This document shows, one piece after another, positions 13,438 to 21,000 of a stretch of DNA of 64,000 nucleotides. Origin of the DNA: a virus; IMG/VR virus record IMGVR_UViG_3300010244_000001, one strand, 5' to 3'. Positions within the stretch are counted from its first letter, which is position 1; every line of letters starts with the position of its first letter. Below the pieces are notes generated by a model. It did not search any database. It was given only the letters and a program-made list of their open reading frames with translations, and was not told the DNA's origin. The position numbers and the translations under genes are program-made.

Positions 13438-13503
13438 AATACATGAAGCGGGGCAACTTGTCCCTCCTTCCAAAAAAAAGTTTTATCGGATTGAATAAAT
13501 GTG

Positions 13504-13532
13504 TTGACTTTCAAACAACTAGATGATATAAT
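13504..13532 (+). promoter_or_regulatory. sigma-A-type early promoter
   Basis: TTGACT(13504-13509)-N17-TGaTATAAT(13524-13532). Confidence 0.8.
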
Positions 13533-13566
13533 GGAATTACAAACTTAAAGAAGGGGATTGATAAAA

Positions 13567-13794
13567 ATGAAAAAGCAATACTTTGAAGATATGTACAACG
13601 AACTATATGCAGGAGTTGAAACTTCTATCGAAAGAATTGACACTGATATCGAATGGCTAGAGGTAAACAGAGAACAGAACTATAAAGCCATTAGGGAACT
13701 TGAAATGACCAAGAGAAGGCTAGAAGGTGTTATGAAAGAGGCAGATAGTAAAGAATGGGAATATCGAAACTGGTACGTACAAGAGCAGGATTAA
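13567..13794 (+). CDS. hypothetical early protein, 75 aa
   Basis: SD AAGGGGATTGAT then ATG 13567 (track TTG 13558 lies in the SD). Confidence 0.7.
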   Translation: MKKQYFEDMYNELYAGVETSIERIDTDIEWLEVNREQNYKAIRELEMTKRRLEGVMKEADSKEWEYRNWYVQEQD

Positions 13795-13820
13795 ACTTCC
13801 TGCTTTTTCTTTTTTTTTTA
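13784..13820 (+). terminator. strong rho-independent terminator closing the early array
   Basis: AGCAGGA(13784-13790)/TCCTGCT(13798-13804) plus long T-run. Confidence 0.85.
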
Positions 13821-14091
13821 TTCTTGTACTAATATTCAGACAATTAACCATTGTGTGAATTATCAGACAATTTGGACAATACCCTCCCCCGTACATTTGT
13901 TCGCCATACCCGGCCGGTACCGGGTGCTTGAATCTCTACCTGAGGTCTCGATATTCCAGCCAAAATTTTTATAAATTTGAAACCTATCTTAAACACTTTA
14001 AACGTAAACGGAAAGAGTATAGGTAGTTACATAGACCCTCCCCCGTGTTTATATACAATTTCATTATAAGGGTCCCCTATAGCATATACAT

Positions 14092-14128
14092 AAAAAAAAA
14101 TACGGGTCCCTTTTTGGGAATCCCGTAT
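14092..14128 (-). terminator. rho-independent terminator of the protease gene
   Basis: minus sense ATACGGG...CCCGTAT followed by T9 (plus-strand A-run 14092-14100). Confidence 0.75.
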
Positions 14129-14147
14129 CGGATACTGGTCGTCTTAA

Positions 14148-15176
14148 TTAGTAATCTAAGAATAGATTGGTATACTTCTTCAATATTGCTAGGTAATACC
14201 TACGTAGCTGAATGAGGTACTTCAATCCAATACTACCTGCAAACGGGCTATCGGTAATAATCTTACTTTCTCCGTTCTTACACTTACATTCTTCCTCACA
14301 GTCGCAGTTAGGAGACTCGCATTTGGAGTTATCAGTATCTGGTACTGGTTTGTTCTTATCTGATTTATCCGACATCATGAGAGCCAATGCACCTGCTACA
14401 TGAGGGGAAGCCATACTCGTTCCGTCTAATTTTGCATACTGACCGTTCTTATAAGTGGAGAGGATTTGTACACCGGGAGCAAGCACGTCTACTTCATCAT
14501 TGGTATTAGAGAACCGTGCTAGGTTCCCTTGGTAATCCACTGCACCGACTTGGACAACTTCGGAATAGTAACCGGGGAAGCTGACTTCTGGAGTGAATTT
14601 TAGACCATCTCCAGAGTTACCTGCGGCTGCTACGACAATAATGCCCTTATCTTGAGCTTTACGGATGAGACGTTGCAGTTCTGGATGATGTGGACCTCCG
14701 AGAGACATATTAATAATATCCACGTTTTGGTCGATAGCATAGTCTAAGGCTTTCAATGTCCAGTCCATCTGTCCGTATCCTTCTCCTGATAGGGATTTAA
14801 GGGATACAATGTTTGCGTCATATGCAACACCGACAATGCCATTTCCTTGGTTATCAGCTGCAATAGAACCAGAAGTATGCGACCCATGCCCATTAAAATC
14901 TTCGGGGTCGCCATCTGTTGTAAAGTCTTTAGCTTCAACAATACGGTTCTTTAAATCTGGATGTTTTTGATTGATGCCAGAGTCGATGACTGCAACGGTT
15001 ACATCTTTGCCTGTAATTCCTTTTTTCCATTGGGATTGAGCATTAATCATGTCAATACCTTTAGGGACATGCTCACTCGGGGTTGTTTGAATTTCCTGCA
15101 CTTTATAGTAGGGTAATTGGATAGGGTACTTTTCGTTAAAATCCTGTGCTTGTGTTTTCTTATCTACGTCTGCCAA
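14148..15176 (-). CDS. subtilisin-family (S8) serine protease resembling Bacillus intracellular serine protease (ISP), with Cys-rich C-terminal extension
   Basis: catalytic motifs VAVIDSGI (Asp), HGSHTSG (His), GTSMASPHVAG (Ser); no signal peptide; N-terminal IQLPYY resembles the ISP LIPY motif; TTG start with SD AAAGGAGAT. Confidence 0.85.
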   Translation of the reverse strand: MADVDKKTQAQDFNEKYPIQLPYYKVQEIQTTPSEHVPKGIDMINAQSQWKKGITGKDVTVAVIDSGINQKHPDLKNRIVEAKDFTTDGDPEDFNGHGSHTSGSIAADNQGNGIVGVAYDANIVSLKSLSGEGYGQMDWTLKALDYAIDQNVDIINMSLGGPHHPELQRLIRKAQDKGIIVVAAAGNSGDGLKFTPEVSFPGYYSEVVQVGAVDYQGNLARFSNTNDEVDVLAPGVQILSTYKNGQYAKLDGTSMASPHVAGALALMMSDKSDKNKPVPDTDNSKCESPNCDCEEECKCKNGESKIITDSPFAGSIGLKYLIQLRRYYLAILKKYTNLFLDY

Positions 15177-15262
15177 TCTTATATCTCCTTTCTGATTTAT
15201 GTCTCTAACTCTATTATAACATACAAGGATGCTACTCTCATAATATAGAAGCTGGTGAAAGA

Positions 15263-15290
15263 TAAAAAAATAGTACCTCTGTGGGTACTA
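15263..15290 (-). terminator. rho-independent terminator
   Basis: minus sense TAGTACC-cacaga-GGTACTA then T-run. Confidence 0.65.
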
Positions 15291-15304
15291 CCTTTTAACA
15301 CCTT

Positions 15305-15481
15305 TTAATGCTTTCGTTCCATCTTCTTCCAGCAGATAATACAGTAGTCCTCTCCGAACACGTCTGCTACCAAGTGTTTTCGGGTAACAAAGCAATACAT
15401 CTTACCTACGAGGGTGGGTACCTTGCTCTCCTTCTTCACCTTCTGCTTACCTGTTGTTACTTTTCTGTTTTTTATGGACAT
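15305..15481 (-). CDS. 58-aa basic Cys-containing protein (below track cutoff)
   Basis: SD GGAGGTGGAAACGAA before ATG 15481; MSIKNRKVTTGKQKVKKESKVPTLVGKMYCFVTRKHLVADVFGEDYCIICWKKMERKH*. Confidence 0.55.
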   Translation of the reverse strand: MSIKNRKVTTGKQKVKKESKVPTLVGKMYCFVTRKHLVADVFGEDYCIICWKKMERKH

Positions 15482-15756
15482 TTCGTTTCCACCTCCTCTA
15501 AAACCCTACGTGCCCGAAAACCTTCCTCATTCGTTACAGTGTCGGTGTCCCAATTATCCTCATTGACATAAAAATGTAAAATCTCTTCGTATTCTTCTTC
15601 TTTTTTAAGCATAACATCATTTTTACTTACTTCGATATCAAGTGATTGCTTGTAGTCTTCCAATAGTTCCTCTAACTCATCTACACGTTCTGCTTTACGG
15701 TATAACATCTTTATAATACCTAACAGGGTATCTACATTTTCTTCATACCTATTCAT
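15472..15756 (-). CDS. hypothetical protein, 94 aa
   Basis: ORF in co-directional block; its ATG overlaps the upstream stop. Confidence 0.65.
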   Translation of the reverse strand: MNRYEENVDTLLGIIKMLYRKAERVDELEELLEDYKQSLDIEVSKNDVMLKKEEEYEEILHFYVNEDNWDTDTVTNEEGFRARRVLEEVETKCP

Positions 15757-15887
15757 AGTATTCCACCCTCTTCATCACCTAACATTTCCATTAATTCGTA
15801 AATCATTAAGTTGTCGAAGTCATCTTGGTGTAGTTGATTTCTATTAGCCCAGTATTTAATTTCTTTAGCTAACTCCTTATCGTCCAT
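15753..15887 (-). CDS. hypothetical protein, 44 aa
   Basis: SD GGAGGAGGAAGAAA before ATG 15887; stop overlaps the next ATG (ATGA). Confidence 0.5.
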   Translation of the reverse strand: MDDKELAKEIKYWANRNQLHQDDFDNLMIYELMEMLGDEEGGIL

Positions 15888-16002
15888 TTTCTTCCTCCTC
15901 CATTATCGCCTTTTTCGTTCTCCATCCTCTCCAAAACCCAATCCAAAACACTATGGAGAAAAGAATAAAAGAAGCTATAAACTCAACCCAATCAAATTCC
16001 AT
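15877..16002 (-). CDS. 41-aa membrane micropeptide, paralogue of 9234..9323
   Basis: SD GAGGAGGA; MEFDWVEFIASFILFSIVFWIGFWRGWRTKKAIMEEEENGR*; 25-nt identity (15925-15949, inverted) with 9276-9300. Confidence 0.55.
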   Translation of the reverse strand: MEFDWVEFIASFILFSIVFWIGFWRGWRTKKAIMEEEENGR

Positions 16003-16006
16003 AGAA

Positions 16007-16378
16007 CTAATCCTCCTCTATTTTTTCTAATATGTATATCTCTTCTTTTTGGTCAACAATTTCGTATCCTTGTTCTGCAACTTCATTAAAATCATGTATG
16101 ACTGCCTGATACTGAGTAGTTGGTCCCTTAATTGCTACAAGAGTAACCAATGTTGCAAATAATAAAAAAGCAGTAAATGTAACGATAACTCCTGTTGTTG
16201 AGTCTTTATTCATTTTTCTATCCCTAATCATATCTACCGCTAGTCCGATACTTAGCCCTAACATGGCTAGTACAAGTAGTGAAGCGAGAACAATCATTAA
16301 GTAGAACGGGAAATTACTTGTAGATTCGTATAATATTTCCAGATGAAGCACCTCCTTCCTATAAAATTCTATTTGCAA
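16007..16378 (-). CDS. membrane protein, up to 123 aa (start uncertain)
   Basis: two hydrophobic segments; strong internal SD AGGAAGGAGGTG suggests a downstream non-ATG start. Confidence 0.55.
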   Translation of the reverse strand: MQIEFYRKEVLHLEILYESTSNFPFYLMIVLASLLVLAMLGLSIGLAVDMIRDRKMNKDSTTGVIVTFTAFLLFATLVTLVAIKGPTTQYQAVIHDFNEVAEQGYEIVDQKEEIYILEKIEED

Positions 16379-16864
16379 CTAGCTCTCTAAAATTCTTTTT
16401 ACTTCTTTAAGGTGTTCAATCATATTGTCCTCGTTCCCAACGAATTTACCATGAACTTCGTTTCCTCCGACAATCAAATGATTCAATGAAGCAGAAGGGA
16501 TACCTTTATGGAACTGAGGATTAAGTGCTCTCAGGTTAGAAGTGTACCCAATAATAATCTTATCACTATAATTATCTCCTCCCTCATTTAAACCTGAAGC
16601 ATATAGAACTTCACCTACGGTACCATCTGCTTTCCCTCCTGTAAGGTTAGCAACGAGTATGTCACAGTCTTTAATTTCGTCTGTATCTGCCTTGTAAATG
16701 TCCATAGGTGTTGGGTCACTAGCTTCTTTATCATTTATAGATTTGTTACGTATTGCTGCGTAAACATCAAAACCTAAATCCTCAATTCGTTGTGCTACTT
16801 TATCTGATTCTGTTGCTTCCCCTGTTGTAGATATTGGGAAAGCCAAATACACCTTTAATGCCAT
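16379..16864 (-). CDS. nucleoside 2-deoxyribosyltransferase-like protein, 161 aa
   Basis: KVYLAFP N-terminus and ADGTVGEVLYASG (D-G-T-x-x-E) motif recalled from that fold. Confidence 0.5.
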   Translation of the reverse strand: MALKVYLAFPISTTGEATESDKVAQRIEDLGFDVYAAIRNKSINDKEASDPTPMDIYKADTDEIKDCDILVANLTGGKADGTVGEVLYASGLNEGGDNYSDKIIIGYTSNLRALNPQFHKGIPSASLNHLIVGGNEVHGKFVGNEDNMIEHLKEVKRILES

Positions 16865-16866
16865 GG

Positions 16867-17154
16867 TTACTTCTCCTCAACTTTCTCATATGTTTTGTTA
16901 AATATATCTTCGTCAATGGGATAAAACTCTCCGTCTATCCCTTTTACTATGTAGTCTCCTTCTTTCGCAAACATCTCACCTTCCCACGTCTTTACAGTAG
17001 GCATAGGTGGTTCTCCTTTATAGATAAAGTTTTCTCCTACCCAGTCTACATGGTGACCAGCAAAGTTCTGTATTTCACCTACACTATCCCATGTTCCTGT
17101 ATATTGTACTGCTTCAATAACAACTGGTTTCTTCCGATACTTCATAACTCCCAT
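16867..17154 (-). CDS. hypothetical protein, 95 aa
   Basis: tightly packed ORF in the minus-strand block. Confidence 0.65.
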   Translation of the reverse strand: MGVMKYRKKPVVIEAVQYTGTWDSVGEIQNFAGHHVDWVGENFIYKGEPPMPTVKTWEGEMFAKEGDYIVKGIDGEFYPIDEDIFNKTYEKVEEK

Positions 17155-17156
17155 TA

Positions 17157-17537
17157 CTATACCTCCTTTAATAAATCAGGTTGTTCATACATGTTCCCGA
17201 TAACTTTAAATACAATAAACGTATTATGAAACATTGGTTCTTTTTCTCGATTTCGTATCGATGCAGTTCTCTTGTCCAGCCATCGATGTTTGAAAGAAGG
17301 AGCATCGTATACGATAACGTTTCTCATCATACCTTCTCCACCAATTGTACTTTCCAGTATATCACCTTCACATATCATCTTACCTTGAGAATCGTACACT
17401 CCTGTACACTGCATGAGTATAACGTCCTCCATTGCAACAACCCGGTTTGTAAGGTCTACATTTTCCAAATCCCAGTCTATAGCATGAACTTCATCGATAA
17501 CATGTAGATTTTTGTGATAAGCTCTAAACATATTCAT
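17157..17537 (-). CDS. YopX-like protein, 126 aa
   Basis: FRAY..., QCTGVYDSQGKMICEGDIL pattern typical of the YopX family (from memory). Confidence 0.5.
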   Translation of the reverse strand: MNMFRAYHKNLHVIDEVHAIDWDLENVDLTNRVVAMEDVILMQCTGVYDSQGKMICEGDILESTIGGEGMMRNVIVYDAPSFKHRWLDKRTASIRNREKEPMFHNTFIVFKVIGNMYEQPDLLKEV

Positions 17538-17898
17538 CCAAAAACTCCCCCTTCCCTATTGCTTTTAATGCTGATTTACATATGGCTAAGGGTAGCTTCC
17601 TTTCATACCCTTCGTGCCTGTCCTTAAAAAACCCATTAGAAAAATACTCATCTATAATTACACTTACCATTCCATCTTTAACATGTATATTTACCTCATC
17701 AAACTCATGTTGCATCTTTTCTACTACATCCCAAGCTTCTGATATGTCCGTAGAGTAATTTGGTATAACTAAACCGTAGTGAGCAACTGCACACCCTTCT
17801 ATACCATCTGGACAAGGTATAGGTTCACTTACTGGTTCGTTATCAAATACATACTTATGAATCCTTAAATCTATCTTTTTGTTTAAACTAATACGCAA
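17524..17898 (-). CDS. hypothetical protein, 124 aa
   Basis: ORF overlapping its neighbour by 14 nt. Confidence 0.6.
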   Translation of the reverse strand: MRISLNKKIDLRIHKYVFDNEPVSEPIPCPDGIEGCAVAHYGLVIPNYSTDISEAWDVVEKMQHEFDEVNIHVKDGMVSVIIDEYFSNGFFKDRHEGYERKLPLAICKSALKAIGKGEFLDEYV

Positions 17899-17903
17899 CT
17901 TAT

Positions 17904-18215
17904 CTACCCCTCCTTCACTTTATTCTCCGTGTCCTCGATAGCCTTAAGTAGAACGGTATTGGAGGTTTCCACTTCATGTATGTATTCATCTAATCTTTGA
18001 GCGTCATTTACCTCTACAAGCAGTTCCTTATCACTGATAAACTTTAAAGCCTTTAGAATCGTATCTTTGTACCCTTTGAACTTCCAACCTTCTACATCTT
18101 TCTTTTCTTTAGGACTATAATAAGTTTCCAATCGTTCCACTACAACATTTAGTTCATCATAGTATACAACTCGTACATCATTTGATACAGATAGGAGTAC
18201 GTCTCCTTTTTTCAT
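17904..18215 (-). CDS. hypothetical protein, 103 aa
   Basis: ORF; its ATG overlaps the upstream stop. Confidence 0.65.
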   Translation of the reverse strand: MKKGDVLLSVSNDVRVVYYDELNVVVERLETYYSPKEKKDVEGWKFKGYKDTILKALKFISDKELLVEVNDAQRLDEYIHEVETSNTVLLKAIEDTENKVKEG

Positions 18216-18442
18216 TATTTATCCCCTCCCTTTTCAGACTCCATCACCTTAAATCCAATAGCTTTGGCAACTTTAGAATCTTTAAAGTGTTTACTTGAAC
18301 GTAAAGCACTGTCATATGACGGGTGTGCTTTAATAGAAGGTCTTGTACTACTTCCACCACCCATAGGAAATGTAATTTCCCCTTCTCCGTTATCGTACAC
18401 TACAACGTATAAATCGTCTGATTCACTTACTTTTCGTTCCAT
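18215..18442 (-). CDS. hypothetical protein, 75 aa
   Basis: SD AAAGGAGGAGAT upstream. Confidence 0.65.
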   Translation of the reverse strand: MERKVSESDDLYVVVYDNGEGEITFPMGGGSSTRPSIKAHPSYDSALRSSKHFKDSKVAKAIGFKVMESEKGGDK

Positions 18443-18611
18443 ATTATCTCCTCCTTTTGTTTAACTTACGTATAACTATACTATAAAATATACGGTTAGT
18501 CAACACTTATTTTACAATTATATTGGAAAATTTTGTTCGTAGACGAATCTAATAATATATGGTTTAATGAATATTGTAAGAAAAAAAAAACATTTTAAGG
18601 AGGAATTGTTA

Positions 18612-19472
18612 ATGAAGGCAAAAATTATCTCATTAACCGCTTTGCTACTACTCGTAGCACTAACTGCTACTGTTTCAGTATCAGCATCAGAAAACAATAC
18701 ATACACTGTTCAGGAAGGAGACTCTATGTGGAAGATTGCAGGTGAACATGGTGTAACTACTATATCATTAATTGAGGCAAACCCACAAGATGATACACCA
18801 AATTCCTTGTACGTAGGTCAACAACTCTATATTCCTGAAAACCCTAACAGTAATGAGGGAAACTATATCGTTAAGATAGGAGATACAATGTGGAAAATAT
18901 CTGATAAGTTAGGTGTTACAACGCAACAACTTATTGATGCTAACCCACAAGAAAGTACACCTGACTCTATCTCAGTCGGACAAGTTCTTAATGTTCCATC
19001 GGAAGATGAGCCTGTACAGCCACCTAAACCAGAGCCAGAACCTAAACCAGAGCCAGAACCTGAGGAGGAGGACCAACAGGAGCAACAAGGAGAGCTCTCT
19101 CCGTTTGAACACGAGGTTGTGCAACTTACTAATCAGGAAAGGGTAGAAAGAGGTTTACAACCCTTGAAAGTTGATTCTGAGCTTTCCAAGGTAGCAGACC
19201 TTAAATCTAAAGATATGCAACAACGAGGGTATTTTTCACATAACAGTCCAACTTACGGTTCTCCATTTGAAATGATGACTCATTTCGGAATCGAATGGAC
19301 TACCGCTGCTGAAAACATTGCTCAAGGTTACATAACCCCAGAGTCTGTTGTTGAAGGATGGATGAATAGCCACGGACATAGAGATAATATCCTAAACTCT
19401 GATGTAACCCACATTGGTGTTGGATACGTAGACGAAGGAAGATATTGGACACAAATGTTCATCCGCAAATAA
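18612..19472 (+). CDS. secreted 2x LysM plus CAP/SCP (YkwD-like) domain protein, 286 aa
   Basis: SD AAGGAGGA then ATG 18612; signal-like KIISLTALLLLVALTATVSVSA; two YxVxxGDxMWKI...VGQxLxxP LysM units; PEPK linker; C-terminal YFSHNSPTYG...AENIA...GWMNSHGHRDNIL. Confidence 0.8.
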   Translation: MKAKIISLTALLLLVALTATVSVSASENNTYTVQEGDSMWKIAGEHGVTTISLIEANPQDDTPNSLYVGQQLYIPENPNSNEGNYIVKIGDTMWKISDKLGVTTQQLIDANPQESTPDSISVGQVLNVPSEDEPVQPPKPEPEPKPEPEPEEEDQQEQQGELSPFEHEVVQLTNQERVERGLQPLKVDSELSKVADLKSKDMQQRGYFSHNSPTYGSPFEMMTHFGIEWTTAAENIAQGYITPESVVEGWMNSHGHRDNILNSDVTHIGVGYVDEGRYWTQMFIRK

Positions 19473-19482
19473 AAAAAAAAGT

Positions 19483-19504
19483 AAGCCACCTTTTTAGGTG
19501 GCTT
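19483..19504. terminator. bidirectional terminator hairpin
   Basis: AAGCCACC(19483-19490)/GGTGGCTT(19497-19504), A-run on one side and T-rich on the other; convergent genes. Confidence 0.75.
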
Positions 19505-19507
19505 TAT

Positions 19508-20254
19508 TTACGTCCCTTGACTGTAAACTGTTCCATTGTTAATAATAGATTCCCACGCATCTCTTGCTAAATCGATATGTCTGGATATAGTGCTACCAAA
19601 CTCAAAATGTTTATTTCCCCATCCATACTTGAGGTCGTCAAACATTTCTGAAATTAAATCATCCGAACTTCTATCTTTTAGTGAGGTGTCCCCATACATT
19701 GTAGGGTACATCTCGATATACCAGTATAATACCTCGTTTCTATTGTCTGAGCAAGCCAAGTTGAATAGGCAATCAAGTAACACTTCCTTCAGTTCCCGTT
19801 CTTTACGGGTCAACCCAATCATATATTCGGGTTTTATAATAGAAATTTTCTCCAGTAAACTATCTTCACTATATTCCTCTTCCTCAGGGTACTTCCACTC
19901 TATATCCAAAAATTCATCATTCATAACATAGTGGGTGATTACTCTCTCATCCATTGGTGTTGTTCTTCCTTTGAAAACAGGCTCTAACTCTCCGTCTGTA
20001 TATACCGTAAGTACTCTTTCTTTATCGGTGAGTATCATGAGGTAATTTACGGGTTCTAAGATGTTATTGACACTCAATACACCTTCGTCTTCAACAAGGT
20101 CTAGTAGGTCTTGAGGAAGTTCCTCGAAGTTGTTTTCAATAAACGTATACAACTCTGGCTCTACAACTGCAATTGGTGCTTCGTCAATGTAGTCTAACTT
20201 ATCTCCTGTCTTCCATTCAAAACATTCCGGTATATACCCTGCATAACCTTTCAC
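19508..20254 (-). CDS. hypothetical protein, 248 aa (GTG start) preceded by a 12-codon leader ORF 20258..20296
   Basis: canonical SD AAGGGAGATGA serves ATG 20296 (MKLKTFIGVVTN, then TAG); the main ORF continues in the same frame from GTG 20254. Confidence 0.65.
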   Translation of the reverse strand: MKGYAGYIPECFEWKTGDKLDYIDEAPIAVVEPELYTFIENNFEELPQDLLDLVEDEGVLSVNNILEPVNYLMILTDKERVLTVYTDGELEPVFKGRTTPMDERVITHYVMNDEFLDIEWKYPEEEEYSEDSLLEKISIIKPEYMIGLTRKERELKEVLLDCLFNLACSDNRNEVLYWYIEMYPTMYGDTSLKDRSSDDLISEMFDDLKYGWGNKHFEFGSTISRHIDLARDAWESIINNGTVYSQGT

Positions 20255-20384
20255 TGACTAATTCGTTACAACACCTATAAATGTTTTCAACTTCATATGT
20301 CATCTCCCTTTCTCGTTTTTTTAATTTTTATATAGTAACAGTATATAACAAATATTGTAACTTGTGTGTAATCCTTATAAAAAT

Positions 20385-20404
20385 AGGCTCCTGTCATGGA
20401 GCCT
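20385..20404 (-). terminator. terminator-like hairpin
   Basis: AGGCTCC/GGAGCCT, followed in minus sense by ATTTTTAT. Confidence 0.5.
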
Positions 20405-21000
20405 TACTCAACCACCATTATGTTACGTATTTCGTGTATAACTTCGTCAATCTGAGCATAAAGTTCGTCAAGGGTAGAGTCGTTATAAATATCGTAATCT
20501 ACATCGTACCCATCGATAGATGCCTCTGTTTCAAATTGTAACTGTTCTACCGTTACTTCTTCTCCGTTTGCTCTCATACGTTCTACACGTGTTTCGTCAG
20601 GACAGTTGACTCTGATGGTGGTGAACCCTTCTGCTCGACATCTTTCAATCTCATTAGGTTGTCTACCATCACTAATTACAGGAATAAAATCTGCTTGGTC
20701 ATCCAAAATGTCATAAGATTCTGCCATTTCTTTAACTTTATCTATGGTTTCAAAACACTTATCCACCCATACATCATAACCGTCTACTTCTCTACGAAGT
20801 TGACCATATAGCTGGTAACCACGTGCGGGCTTTGGTTCTCTAGGAACATGGGGGTAATCGTTATGAAATCCATCCTTCAACCTAGCTCCAAAAGCAAAGG
20901 GTGTCATACCATACTTATCCACTAAATAATCCTTAACTGTGTCCTTACCCGCTCTCATCTTTGCAATGAGGAGTATCTTTAACCCATTACCATTCCCCAT
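20404..21000 (-). CDS. deoxynucleoside monophosphate kinase-like P-loop protein, 198 aa
   Basis: ILLIAKMRAGKDTVKDYL resembles the T4 gp1-type GxxRSGKDT loop (from memory). Confidence 0.5.
   Translation of the reverse strand: MGNGNGLKILLIAKMRAGKDTVKDYLVDKYGMTPFAFGARLKDGFHNDYPHVPREPKPARGYQLYGQLRREVDGYDVWVDKCFETIDKVKEMAESYDILDDQADFIPVISDGRQPNEIERCRAEGFTTIRVNCPDETRVERMRANGEEVTVEQLQFETEASIDGYDVDYDIYNDSTLDELYAQIDEVIHEIRNIMVVE

Noticed and set aside
16834-17507. Plus-strand ORFs 16834..17229 and 17181..17507
   Set aside because: They lie opposite a tightly packed minus-strand operon, have hydrophobic junk composition and lack an SD.
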